DNA of 48,857 bases from sequence record SRR20825010_1258, one strand, 5' to 3'. The notes beneath the pieces were generated by a model that saw only the letters and a program-made list of their open reading frames with translations, was not told the origin of the DNA and did no database searches. Shown here one piece after another: positions 1 to 9,233 of this stretch. Every line of letters starts with the position of its first letter. Position 1 is the first letter of the stretch. The position numbers and the translations under genes are program-made.

Positions 1-39
1 TCCCGAACGAGGTGCGCTACCAGGCTGCGCCACACTCCG
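1..39 (-). tRNA. tRNA-Pro(CGG), 5' half only (runs off window edge)
   Basis: Reverse complement reads CGGAGTGTGGCGCAGCCTGGTAGCGCACCTCGTTCGGGA: acceptor 5' strand, D-arm, and anticodon loop TT-CGG-GA typical of tRNA-Pro. Confidence 0.93.
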
Positions 40-56
40 CTCCAATCCGAGGCGGC

Positions 57-85
57 GTTATAACCTTACGAATTGGCCCCCGCAA
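57..85 (-). promoter_or_regulatory. sigma70-like promoter for tRNA-Pro
   Basis: Minus strand TTGCGG-17 nt-TATAAC, ending about 17 nt before the tRNA 5' end. Confidence 0.6.
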
Positions 86-121
86 GCCCCTAACACAGGC
101 CTTTTTCCATGTTGGGGTCGG

Positions 122-150
122 TTGCGCTAAAGGTCCCTTGTCGCTATGTT
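122..150 (+). promoter_or_regulatory. sigma70-like promoter for tRNA-Gln
   Basis: TTGCGC-17 nt-TATGTT upstream of the tRNA; mirrors the divergent tRNA-Pro promoter. Confidence 0.5.
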
Positions 151-196
151 CCCCACCGCTTCGTGGCGTTGACCTGATTTTGCCGCGAAAACCTGC

Positions 197-271
197 TGGG
201 GCGTAGCCAAGTGGTAAGGCAGTGGATTTTGATTCCGCCATGCGGAGGTTCGAACCCTCCCGCCCCAGCCA
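197..271 (+). tRNA. tRNA-Gln(TTG)
   Basis: TGGGGCG...CGCCCCA-G-CCA acceptor stem with encoded CCA, D-loop AAGTGGTAA, anticodon arm GTGGA-TT-TTG-AT-TCCGC, T-arm GGAGGTTCGAACCCTCC. Confidence 0.97.
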
Positions 272-394
272 ATTTTCTGATATTTTCAGTTTTTGGGTTG
301 CTAGTTACTTATTTGTTTCTAGCTGCTGATCAGTACTTGCATGGGCAACATCGCGATTGCATTCACCTTGGGTGATCCAGAGCAAGACATCTGC

Positions 395-585
395 CTCACT
401 CACTCTGATCTGTTTGTTATCAACAAGACAGACCTGCACCGATGGTTGGTGCTTCATTTGAAGTGATGAATGGCGACACAGAACGCCTGCACGGGGAACT
501 GCCCGATGTCTCCACCAACATGAAGCCGCGCAATGGCATAGAGGTGATTGTGGAGCTCAACCAGAAGCGTGGTGGACAAAATTAG
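395..585 (+). pseudogene. ureG: C-terminal remnant of urease accessory GTPase UreG, frameshifted
   Basis: Translates LTHSDLFVINKTDL, then after a 1-nt loss at about 436 APMVGASFEVMNGDTERLHGELPDVSTNMKPRNGIEVIVELNQKRGGQN*. This matches the UreG C-terminus (SDLxVINKTDLAPxVGASLEVM...TNxK). The N-terminal two thirds are absent. Not in the ORF track. Confidence 0.8.
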
Positions 586-660
586 CCTGTCCGATGAAAC
601 CACTGGCTTAGATTACCGTCCGGGGTCATCGTTGAATTCATTACCAACAAACAAGTCATC

Positions 661-2952
661 TTATTCTGCCACACAATCGGCAAAATAATGGATTGTACCG
701 TTAGTGCCGACCTCTTGCACCAGGCCATGGATATCGGTTTCAAAACCTGGGCACTCGCGGGCGAACTCACGATTGAATTTTAGGTATTCAACGATCTTCT
801 GATTGAACACCTCACCCGGAATGAGCAGGGGAATACCAGGCGGATACGGCGTCACAAGGCTTGTTGTAATGCGACCTACCAGTTCGTCGATCGGTACACG
901 TTGGGTTGTGCGTTGCGCAATATGCGAGAATGCATCACTTGGTTTCATGGCAGGTGTGTGGTCGCTCAGGTACATGTCGGTAGACAAGATAGCAACGTCG
1001 TATTTGGCATAGAGTTTGTGGACATGCTGACAGAGGTCGCGCAAACCCATGCCCTCATAGCGCGGATGTTTGGCGCAAAATTCGGGCATGGTACGCCACA
1101 TCGGCTGGTTTTTGGCGTAGTCGTCCTTGAACTGCTGGAGTGCCGCAAGGAGTGTGTTCCAGCGACCCTTGGTGATTCCGATCGTGAACATAATGAAAAA
1201 GCTGTAGAGGCCAGTTTTCTCAACAACGACCCCGTGTTCGGTCAGATACTTCGTTACGATTGATGCCGGAATTCCGAGGTCTTCAAAATGTCCGTCGAGG
1301 TTCAAACCCGGTGTGATGATGGTTGTCTTGATCGGATCCAGCATGTTGAAGCCGCGAGTCATGTCGCCAAATCCATGCCACGAGTCTTGCCCATCAGATG
1401 CCTGCACGGCTTCCGCGTCGGTTCTCTTCAATACCCAATCGGCAGAACGCCCGATCCCTTCTTCCACAAGCTGGTCTGGTCCCCATACCTGGAACCACCA
1501 ATCGTCCTTGCCAAATTCCTCATCCACTTTCCGCATGGCGCGACGGAAGTCGAGGGCCTCGGCGATACTTTCTTCGACCAGAGCGGTGCCGCTTGGTGGT
1601 TCCATCATGGCGGCAGCGACGTCGCAACTCGCTATAATGCTATATTGCGGGCTTGTGCTGGTATGCATCAGATAGGCCTCATTGAAGAGGTGTCGATCCA
1701 ATTTGGTGTCTTGTGAATCTTGTACGAGAACGTGACTTGCTTGGCTGATGCCGGCTAGCAATTTGTGGATGGACTGTGTGGCATAGGTCACCGAGTGCAT
1801 TGGTCGAGGCCGCTTGCGCCCCATGGCGTGGAAGTTTCCGTAAAAAGGATGAAAAGCTGCGTGAGGTAACCATGCTTCGTCGAAATGCAGATTGTTCACA
1901 TAGCCATCAAGCATCGTCTTGATAGTTTCTGTATTGTACAGCACGCCATCATAGGTCGATTGCGTCAGCGTCATGATGCGCGGATTCACGGTGTCTGCAT
2001 CGACATGAGCAAGCAAAGGGTTGGCTCGGATCTTGGCTTTGATTGAGTCGATTTCGAATTCGCTCTGCGGTATGGGGCCGATAATGCCGTAATGGTTTCG
2101 GGTCGGTTTAAGGAAAACAGGAATTGCGCCTGTCATGATAATGCTGTGCAGGATCGACTTGTGGCAATTGCGGTCCACGACAACCACGTCACCCGGAGCT
2201 ACGGTATGATGCCAGACCATTTTGTTGCTTGTACTAGTGCCATTGGTGACAAAGAAACAGTGATCTGAATTGAAAATGCGGGCGGCATTGCGCTCGGACG
2301 CCCCGATTGCACCATTATGATCAAGCAACTGTCCCAGTTCCTCTACGGCGTTGCATACGTCGGCACGCAACATGTTCTCGCCGTAAAACTGATGGTACAT
2401 CTGGCCGATCGGACTTTTCAAAAAGGCCACGCCGCCCGAATGCCCAGGGCAATGCCATGAGTAGGAACTGTCTTCTGCGTAGTCGAGCAAGGCCTTGAAG
2501 AATGGTGGCTGGATGCCTTCTAGATAGCTCTTGGCCTCGCGCAAGATATGACGCGCTACAAATTCGGGCGTATCCTCGAACATGTGAATGAAGCCGTGCA
2601 ATTCGCGTAGGATGTCATTCGGTAGGTGCCTGCTGGTTTTTGTCTCGCCATAAAGGTAGATCGGCACGTCTGGATTTTTCCAGCGCACCTCTTCAATGAA
2701 GCTCCGCAGGTTCACGATCACCGGGTCAATGTCTGGACCAGAACTGAATTCCTCATCGTCAATGGATAGCAGGAAGGCGCTTGCCCGAGACTGTTGTTGC
2801 GCGAACTGGGAAAGGTCTCCATAACTAGTCACGCCAACCACCTCGAAACCTTCGTTCTCGATGGCCTGTGCCAAAGCTCGAATGCCCAAACCCGAGGAAT
2901 TGTCAGAACGAAAATCTTCATCGATGACAAAGACGGGGAAGCGAAACTTCAT
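661..2952 (-). CDS. PLP-dependent lysine/arginine/ornithine decarboxylase (wing-domain LAOdc family)
   Basis: 763 aa. N-terminal receiver-like wing domain, WHCPGHSGG, TNGTSTSNK, DRNCHKS, HFDEAW, PLP lysine in QSIHK, PYPPGIP. AGGAGA RBS. Confidence 0.95.
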   Translation of the reverse strand: MKFRFPVFVIDEDFRSDNSSGLGIRALAQAIENEGFEVVGVTSYGDLSQFAQQQSRASAFLLSIDDEEFSSGPDIDPVIVNLRSFIEEVRWKNPDVPIYLYGETKTSRHLPNDILRELHGFIHMFEDTPEFVARHILREAKSYLEGIQPPFFKALLDYAEDSSYSWHCPGHSGGVAFLKSPIGQMYHQFYGENMLRADVCNAVEELGQLLDHNGAIGASERNAARIFNSDHCFFVTNGTSTSNKMVWHHTVAPGDVVVVDRNCHKSILHSIIMTGAIPVFLKPTRNHYGIIGPIPQSEFEIDSIKAKIRANPLLAHVDADTVNPRIMTLTQSTYDGVLYNTETIKTMLDGYVNNLHFDEAWLPHAAFHPFYGNFHAMGRKRPRPMHSVTYATQSIHKLLAGISQASHVLVQDSQDTKLDRHLFNEAYLMHTSTSPQYSIIASCDVAAAMMEPPSGTALVEESIAEALDFRRAMRKVDEEFGKDDWWFQVWGPDQLVEEGIGRSADWVLKRTDAEAVQASDGQDSWHGFGDMTRGFNMLDPIKTTIITPGLNLDGHFEDLGIPASIVTKYLTEHGVVVEKTGLYSFFIMFTIGITKGRWNTLLAALQQFKDDYAKNQPMWRTMPEFCAKHPRYEGMGLRDLCQHVHKLYAKYDVAILSTDMYLSDHTPAMKPSDAFSHIAQRTTQRVPIDELVGRITTSLVTPYPPGIPLLIPGEVFNQKIVEYLKFNREFARECPGFETDIHGLVQEVGTNGTIHYFADCVAE

Positions 2953-3126
2953 AAATCTCTCCTAGAGGGAATGCGGCATTTGAAGATGGTATAGCATATC
3001 AGAGTGGGCTTCTCCCGCCGGGCTTTGTCATAAATCTCATTCACGGCGCATTCAACGACTTGCGGCACTGTCTGGAGCCAATTGAGCAGCCTGCAAAGAC
3101 ATAGAAAAAGCCTTTGAGTGCGGAAG

Positions 3127-3867
3127 CTACTTTTTGCCAAAGCCGCCGATGCGTGCTGCCATGTCCGGACCTACACCCTGGCTCTTGTATATTTCGTGAG
3201 CTAAACCCGTTGATAGCGGAAGGCCATCGGTATCCTTCAGAAGCTTCTTGTTGGCACGCAGTGAGAACCAGGAGTTCTTCAGCATGGCCTCACAAAAGTC
3301 AGTGACAGCAACTTCGAATTTGCCGTCTTCGAAACAGAGATTGCACAATCCCATCGCTTCTGCTTCGCGCCCTGAATAGGTTCGAGCACTCAACATCATT
3401 TCCATCGCTTTAGGTTGGCCAATTCGTCGAGGCAATCGCTGGCTCATGCCCCATACCGGGGTTAGCGCCCATTTCGCATGTGTATCAGCAAATTTTGCAT
3501 TCTCGCTAGCAAGAATGATGTCTCCAGCAAGCGCCAGTTCAAGTGCTCCAGTGTAGCAATGTTTGTGGACAGCAGAGATGAGTGGTTGAGGCAGGTCGGC
3601 TAGACGCTGAATGACGTGAGCTTGAAAGTTCGGTCGAGGAAGCTTTTCCCCAGTCGCTATATCCTTGAGATCATGTCCGGCTGAGAAGCAACGCCCACCT
3701 CCGCGAAGTACAACGCAGCCGACGTTATCAATCTGCTGTTCCAATGTTTGAATATGGACATTCAAATCCTCAAAAACCTCAACATTCAAGGCATTCAATT
3801 TTTCTGGACGATTGATTGTCAAAAAGGCAATGCCGTCTCGGTCTTCGCGTAGCACCAGATTGCTCAA
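3127..3867 (-). CDS. enoyl-CoA hydratase/isomerase (crotonase) family protein
   Basis: LTINRPEKLNAL, FSAGHDLK, GALELALAGD, LPRRIG crotonase motifs. TTG start after GGGGAG. Confidence 0.92.
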   Translation of the reverse strand: MSNLVLREDRDGIAFLTINRPEKLNALNVEVFEDLNVHIQTLEQQIDNVGCVVLRGGGRCFSAGHDLKDIATGEKLPRPNFQAHVIQRLADLPQPLISAVHKHCYTGALELALAGDIILASENAKFADTHAKWALTPVWGMSQRLPRRIGQPKAMEMMLSARTYSGREAEAMGLCNLCFEDGKFEVAVTDFCEAMLKNSWFSLRANKKLLKDTDGLPLSTGLAHEIYKSQGVGPDMAARIGGFGKK

Positions 3868-4049
3868 GTATCTTCTCCCCGAATTCTGTCGTGTCCATTT
3901 TTGTTAGATATTAGTCAGTCTGCAGGCACGTGAAAGCGCTGAGTGTTCGTCTCTCCGGCGCAATCTGATCGAATTGCAAAATTGGATGCTGTTCTGGCCC
4001 GGTAATTGTTTTGCCGCAATCTTGGAGAAACGAGCCATCGGCAAGTCTA

Positions 4050-4081
4050 TTAACTCAAATTTAACGTTAATATCGCCTTAT
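4050..4081. promoter_or_regulatory. two back-to-back CtrA-type boxes
   Basis: TTAA-CTCAAAT-TTAAC (4050-4065, perfect TTAA-N7-TTAAC) abuts GTTAA-TATCGCC-TTAT (4066-4081, ATAA-N7-TTAAC on the minus strand), in the divergent intergenic region about 160 nt upstream of the glycan operon. Confidence 0.6.
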
Positions 4082-4241
4082 AGACCTGAAAATGGGGGAT
4101 TTGCCTCCCCCGGTGGGGCATGCCGTTGGTGTCCAGTCGCTCGGGCAACTGATTTAGATGAATTTATCTATTCTTGCGCGCTGACTGGGGCAGGCATTTT
4201 TGCGGCGGCACCTTTGGGTGTCATAGAAGGGCGGCCAGCAG

Positions 4242-5177
4242 ATGCATATTTTTGTAACCGGAGCATGTGGCTATAAGGGCAGTGTTCTTGTTCCGAAACT
4301 CTTGGCCAAAGGGCATTCGGTTACTGCATTTGATATCATGTGGTTCGGTAACTTTTTACAGCCACATCCCGCCCTCACAGTGGTGAAGGGAGATATCCGA
4401 AATATTGATGAAGTTGATCTAAGTGGGGTGGATGCCATAGTTCACCTGTCCAGTGTAGCTAATGATCCGTGTGGTGATCTAAATCCCCAGCTCACTTGGG
4501 AAATTAGCTGTCTTGCTACAATGCAGCTTGCTGACAGGGCGCAACGCTCTGGCATTAAACATTTCGTCTATGCATCTTCAGGTAGTGTCTACGGCGTCAA
4601 GGACGAACCGCAGGTCACCGAAGATCTCGAATTGCTGCCAATTTCAGAATACAATAAAACTAAAATGTGCGGTGAACGTATTTTGTTGTCTTACAAGGAT
4701 GACATGGCCGTCCAAATTGTGCGCCCCGCAACGGTTTGCGGTTTTTCTCCCCGTATGCGCCTTGATGTCTCTGTCAATATGTTGACGATGCAGGCGCTGA
4801 CAAATGGGAGAATTACAGTTTTTGGCGGAGATCAGACGCGCCCCAACATCCATATTGACGATATCACGGATCTCTACGTTTTTCTCCTCGATCATCCCGA
4901 AAATACAGGTGTGTATAACGCCGGTTTCGAGAACATTTCGATTCTGCAAATTGCAGAAATGGTGGCTAAACATGTGCCGGCCGAAATCATCGTCACGCCC
5001 TCAAATGATCCCCGTTCATACCGGGTGAACTCGGATAAACTTTTGGCCACAGGCTTTCGTCCATCGAAAACCGTTGAGGACGCAATCTGTGAGATTGTCG
5101 GTCTCTATCGGCAGAATGCGCTGAAGGACGATGAACGCTTCCACAATCTGAAGTGGATGCAGAAAGAGGTTCTGTAG
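4242..5177 (+). CDS. NAD-dependent sugar-nucleotide epimerase/dehydratase (extended SDR)
   Basis: TGACGYKG, YASSGSVYG, YNKTK catalytic motif, RPNIHIDD. Confidence 0.9.
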   Translation: MHIFVTGACGYKGSVLVPKLLAKGHSVTAFDIMWFGNFLQPHPALTVVKGDIRNIDEVDLSGVDAIVHLSSVANDPCGDLNPQLTWEISCLATMQLADRAQRSGIKHFVYASSGSVYGVKDEPQVTEDLELLPISEYNKTKMCGERILLSYKDDMAVQIVRPATVCGFSPRMRLDVSVNMLTMQALTNGRITVFGGDQTRPNIHIDDITDLYVFLLDHPENTGVYNAGFENISILQIAEMVAKHVPAEIIVTPSNDPRSYRVNSDKLLATGFRPSKTVEDAICEIVGLYRQNALKDDERFHNLKWMQKEVL

Positions 5178-5179
5178 CC

Positions 5180-5788
5180 ATGCGTTCACAGCAAAACACC
5201 TCAAGCTATTCGCAATCCAATGCAATGTTTTCTGATTATTCGGCTCGACTTTCAGTTTTGATGGCAAGTTTCGACTGGACCCCAGTGTCGAAATTGGCAG
5301 AGGAGTTTCTTGACTGCTGGAAATCAGGAAGACAGATATTTGTCGCAGGGAATGGCGGAAGTGCAGGTAATGCAATCCATCTGGCAAATGATTTCATATA
5401 CGGAATTTCGAAGCAGCCCGGCTCAGGGTTACGCATACACGCGCTACCCGCTAATTCAGCTGTGTTGACGTGTCTGGCCAATGACGAGGGATATGACCAG
5501 ATTTTTTCGCTTCAACTAGCGGTTCAGGCTCGAAGCGATGACGTGCTGATTGTGCTTTCCGGCAGTGGCAATTCACCCAATATTCTCAAAGCATTGGAAG
5601 AGGCCAAAAAAATCGGGATGAAATCCTACGCAATTCTTGGCTTCTCTGGTGGCAAGGCGCTTGCGATGGCAGACGTGCCTATCCACTTTCCGATCGACGA
5701 TATGCAAATATCGGAGGATACGCAGCTCATTGTCGGACATATGGTTATGCAATGGCTTTATAGCCAGCGCGATCAGGCATTGGCCTAA
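5180..5788 (+). CDS. gmhA: SIS-domain phosphosugar isomerase, GmhA-like
   Basis: AGNGGSAGNAIH, TCLANDEGYDQIF, LSGSGNSPN, QISEDTQ. ATG 5180 lies 2 nt after the upstream stop (ORF track starts at 5153). Confidence 0.8.
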   Translation: MRSQQNTSSYSQSNAMFSDYSARLSVLMASFDWTPVSKLAEEFLDCWKSGRQIFVAGNGGSAGNAIHLANDFIYGISKQPGSGLRIHALPANSAVLTCLANDEGYDQIFSLQLAVQARSDDVLIVLSGSGNSPNILKALEEAKKIGMKSYAILGFSGGKALAMADVPIHFPIDDMQISEDTQLIVGHMVMQWLYSQRDQALA

Positions 5789-5805
5789 AAGAAACGATAT
5801 CCATT

Positions 5806-6804
5806 ATGACATCCGGCAAAAAATTTCTCCTTCTTGGCTCGAATTCATTCTCAGGTGCAACGTTTGCTGACTATTTGGCCTCACTGGGCCACGAGGTAGT
5901 TGCTACTAGCCGATCTGCAGAACCGCACGATGTCTTTCTTCCCTATAAATGGCAGAAGCGGGACGGGCACGTTTCCTTTGAGGTGGTCGATATCAATCAT
6001 GATTTGGCCAAACTTGCTGAAATTTTAAAACGTGTGAAGCCGACTCATGTCGTGAATTTTGCTGCTCAAAGTATGGTTGGAGAAAGCTGGAAAAACCCTG
6101 ATCATTGGATGATGACGAATGTTGTCTCGACGGTTCGGCTTCACGAACATTTGCGGCACTGTGATTTTCTCGAACGATATGTTCATGTCACCACACCAGA
6201 GGTGTATGGCAGCACTGATGGTTGGATTAAAGAAGGTATACCCTTCAACCCGACCACACCTTATGCCGTATCACGGGCTGCAGGAGATATGAGTCTACAA
6301 ACCTATGTGAAACAATATGATTTTCCGGCTGTCTTGACGCGCGCGGCCAACGTTTTTGGGCCTGGTCAGCAACTCTACCGAATTATACCGCGCACAATTC
6401 TATTTGCTATGACAGGTCGAAAACTGCAGTTGCATGGCGGGGGGCATTCGATTCGCTCGTTTATTGACATGCGAGATGTTTCCGCGGCGACGCTAAAAAT
6501 CGCGCTCTCCGGAAAAAAGGGCGACACATATCACATTTCGACACCGCAATTAATTTCGATCAGAGATCTAGTGGAGATGATTGTGAAGCGGCTCGGAAAG
6601 ACAATTGAAGAGGCGGTTGAGATTGTCGATGAAAGACCGGGAAAAGACACTGCCTATATGTTGAATAGCGAGAAGCTGCGTGACGAACTTGGCTGGCGCG
6701 ATGAGATCAAGTTAGAGCAGGGGGTGGAAGATACAATCCTCTGGGTAGAGAGAAATTTTGATGCATTGCAGCGCTTGCCTGCGGACTATTTGCATAAGCC
6801 TTGA
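5806..6804 (+). CDS. RmlB/Gmd-like NDP-sugar dehydratase with atypical catalytic motifs
   Basis: VNFAAQSMV, TTPEVYG, PYAVSRAA, NVFGPGQ, RPGKD follow the RmlB layout. Confidence 0.8.
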   Translation: MTSGKKFLLLGSNSFSGATFADYLASLGHEVVATSRSAEPHDVFLPYKWQKRDGHVSFEVVDINHDLAKLAEILKRVKPTHVVNFAAQSMVGESWKNPDHWMMTNVVSTVRLHEHLRHCDFLERYVHVTTPEVYGSTDGWIKEGIPFNPTTPYAVSRAAGDMSLQTYVKQYDFPAVLTRAANVFGPGQQLYRIIPRTILFAMTGRKLQLHGGGHSIRSFIDMRDVSAATLKIALSGKKGDTYHISTPQLISIRDLVEMIVKRLGKTIEEAVEIVDERPGKDTAYMLNSEKLRDELGWRDEIKLEQGVEDTILWVERNFDALQRLPADYLHKP

Positions 6805-6834
6805 AGCAATGACCATGGCAAGAGGAAAGCGCCG

Positions 6835-7677
6835 ATGAGTGGCCAGATGATTAGAGCGGAGATTGATATAGCTGCACTTGAGATAGCCGCCCGCCGATTG
6901 CGTGGGAAAGTGATTGAGATGTCCCATGCAGCTGGAAGCGCCCATCTGGGTTCATCTTTGTCATGCTGTGATATCGTGGCAGCCGCTTACGAATACGTGC
7001 TGAAAATTGATCCTGCCAATCCAAAAAGCGAAATCCGAGATAGGTTCATTCTCTCCAAGGGGCATGCTGCAACGACGATATATGCTCAGCTTGCCTTCAA
7101 GGGTTTTTTTCCTGAAGCTCTACTAGAAACCTATACGAAGGATGGCAGCAAGTTGGCTGAACATCCGCCGGCGAACACATTGCCCGGTGTTGAGGCAGCA
7201 ACAGGTTCTCTTGGCCATGGACTTCCCATCGGTAACGGTATGGCGTTAGCTGGCCGCATCAAGGGGCAGAACTATCGTGTATATGCGTTGATGTCAGATG
7301 GTGAGTGCAATGAAGGATCTGTGTGGGAGGCCGCTATGTTTGCAGCCGCTCAGAAGCTAGAAAATCTTTGTGTTGTCGTCGATTATAACAAGTGGCAAGC
7401 GACAGCACGTTCTAACGAGACCTTGGCGCTCGCCCCTTTGCGAGAGAAATGGGAAGCGTTTGGCTGGGACGCTGTCGAGATTGACGGTCATGATATTGGG
7501 GCTGTCGCCCGGCACATGTCCAATGTACCGAATGGTAGCGGTAAGCCCGTTGCTGTTATCGCACATACTGTAAAAGGCAAGGGTGTGTCGTTTATGGAGG
7601 ACGACAATAATTGGCACTATCGGGCGCCAACTGCCGAAGAAGTTGCAATTTCTCATAAGGAGCTGGGCCTCGCATGA
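6835..7677 (+). CDS. transketolase, N-terminal (ThDP-binding) subunit
   Basis: HLGSSLS, DRFILSKGHA, TGSLGHG, SDGECNEGSVWE...DYN, HTVKGKG. Confidence 0.93.
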   Translation: MSGQMIRAEIDIAALEIAARRLRGKVIEMSHAAGSAHLGSSLSCCDIVAAAYEYVLKIDPANPKSEIRDRFILSKGHAATTIYAQLAFKGFFPEALLETYTKDGSKLAEHPPANTLPGVEAATGSLGHGLPIGNGMALAGRIKGQNYRVYALMSDGECNEGSVWEAAMFAAAQKLENLCVVVDYNKWQATARSNETLALAPLREKWEAFGWDAVEIDGHDIGAVARHMSNVPNGSGKPVAVIAHTVKGKGVSFMEDDNNWHYRAPTAEEVAISHKELGLA

Positions 7678-8597
7678 GAAACGCTTTTGCCGATGAATTG
7701 ACAAAACTAGGTGAAGAAGATCCGCGTGTGGTTATGCTTTCTGGCGACATCGGAAACCGCCTTTTCGATAAATTTCGGGCATCGCATGCGGAGCGCTTTT
7801 TCAATTGTGGTGTCGCGGAGCAGAACATGATGGGTGTGGCTGCTGGAATGGCCATGTCGGGATTACGACCAATTGCATACACAATCACGCCCTTTATTAC
7901 GACTCGCTGCCTTGAGCAAATTCGTGTCGATGTGTGCTATCAAGAAGCTCCAGTTATGATCGTAGCAGTTGGTGCTGGCATGTCTTACGCGGGCCTTGGT
8001 CCAACGCACCATGCTTGCGAGGATATTTCGTTCCTGCGCTCTCTTCCGAATATGAATGTGGTTTGTCCAGCGGATGCATGGGAGGTAAGGGCCGCTATGC
8101 GCGCAGCGCTCCTGCAGGACAGGCCTGTCTATATTCGTATGGGTAAAAAGGGGGAGCCCAAAATCCATTCGGAGATACCGGCAGGGTTTCAGATCGGGAG
8201 AGCTCTGACCATTGAAGAAGGTCATGATGCTTGTTTGCTATCGACAGGAAATATGCTTCCTGAAGTCATTGAAGCTGCGCATCTATTGAAAGCCCAGGGC
8301 ATTTCGGTACGTGTGATTAGCTTTCACACAGTGAAACCACTTGATATTGCATGTCTTGAAGAAGCGTTTGCCTCGTTCAAGCTTGTTGCAACGATTGAAG
8401 AGCATAGTTTAATCGGTGGATTGGGTGCTGCTGTGGCGGAGTGGATTGTTGACAATGAGGTGCGCCCACAGAAGTTCCTGCGTTTCGGCACTTCAGATGC
8501 ATTTTTCAGATTGGCAGGCGAGCAGGAGTTTGCCCGCGAGCAACTTGGAATTGATGCAAAATCGATTGCTGAAAGAATTGAAAGCGCGTTGGCGTGA
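7674..8597 (+). CDS. transketolase, C-terminal (pyrimidine-binding) subunit
   Basis: GVAEQNM, GPTHH, YIRMGK, TIEEHS. ATGA overlap with the N-subunit gene. Confidence 0.93.
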   Translation: MRNAFADELTKLGEEDPRVVMLSGDIGNRLFDKFRASHAERFFNCGVAEQNMMGVAAGMAMSGLRPIAYTITPFITTRCLEQIRVDVCYQEAPVMIVAVGAGMSYAGLGPTHHACEDISFLRSLPNMNVVCPADAWEVRAAMRAALLQDRPVYIRMGKKGEPKIHSEIPAGFQIGRALTIEEGHDACLLSTGNMLPEVIEAAHLLKAQGISVRVISFHTVKPLDIACLEEAFASFKLVATIEEHSLIGGLGAAVAEWIVDNEVRPQKFLRFGTSDAFFRLAGEQEFAREQLGIDAKSIAERIESALA

Positions 8598-8621
8598 AAG
8601 CATTTTTGGGACAGCTTAGTC

Positions 8622-9233
8622 ATGCGTATCGGAATTGATTTTGACAATACAATTGTCAGTTACGACGCGCTTTTTCACAAAGTTGCCTTAGAGAAAGGTT
8701 ATGTGCCTGTTTCTCTTCCGGTGTCTAAAGTTGCGGTTCGTGACTATTTGCGCCGAGCAGATCGCGAGGATGACTGGACCGAGATGCAAGGTTATGTCTA
8801 TGGCGCTCGAATGGATGAAGCTGTTGCTTACCCAGGGGCTCTAGACTTTATGCGGTCAGCAAGAAATGATGGACACGAGCTGTTTGTAGTGAGTCACAAA
8901 ACCCTGCATCCGTTCCGTGGCGAACAGTATGATTTGCATGCCGCCGCACGAGGTTGGATTTTAGAGTTCATGACTGATCTTGGTGGTGATCTGATTGAGC
9001 CTAGTTGTATCTTCTTTGAGTTGACGAAGGAGAAAAAGCTCAAACGGGCAGCGGAACTAAGTGTGGACTATTTTATCGACGATCTGCCCGAGATATTGAA
9101 TTCGATACATTTTCCGAATTGTGCCGATCCGATTCTCTTCGATCCGGACAACCGCCATGGCTCTGAAGACCGATTGCTCCGGTTTTGCAGTTGGGGGGAG
9201 ATTTCGTCTCATCTCGGGGTGTCTGGTGGGTGA
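8622..9233 (+). CDS. HAD-superfamily hydrolase (putative sugar-phosphate phosphatase)
   Basis: Motif I DFDNT, motif II VVSHK, motif IV FIDD. Confidence 0.75.
   Translation: MRIGIDFDNTIVSYDALFHKVALEKGYVPVSLPVSKVAVRDYLRRADREDDWTEMQGYVYGARMDEAVAYPGALDFMRSARNDGHELFVVSHKTLHPFRGEQYDLHAAARGWILEFMTDLGGDLIEPSCIFFELTKEKKLKRAAELSVDYFIDDLPEILNSIHFPNCADPILFDPDNRHGSEDRLLRFCSWGEISSHLGVSGG

Noticed and set aside
12-241. ORFs 12..206 (+) and 17..241 (-)
   Set aside because: They overlap the two tRNA genes and their promoters; MAESKSTALPLGYAP is the typical antisense translation of a tRNA.
245-271. attL/attR duplication of the tRNA-Gln 3' end, with an integrase or prophage
   Set aside because: No second copy was seen in the intergenic regions read, and no recombinase, transposase or phage ORF is present. 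An exact-match search would be needed to exclude a short repeat.
3995-4010. sigma54-like promoter TGGCCC-GGTAA-TTGT
   Set aside because: The invariant -12 GC is GT.
3974-4276. 100-aa ORF upstream of the first epimerase
   Set aside because: No recognisable motif or RBS; it covers the regulatory region containing the CtrA-type boxes.
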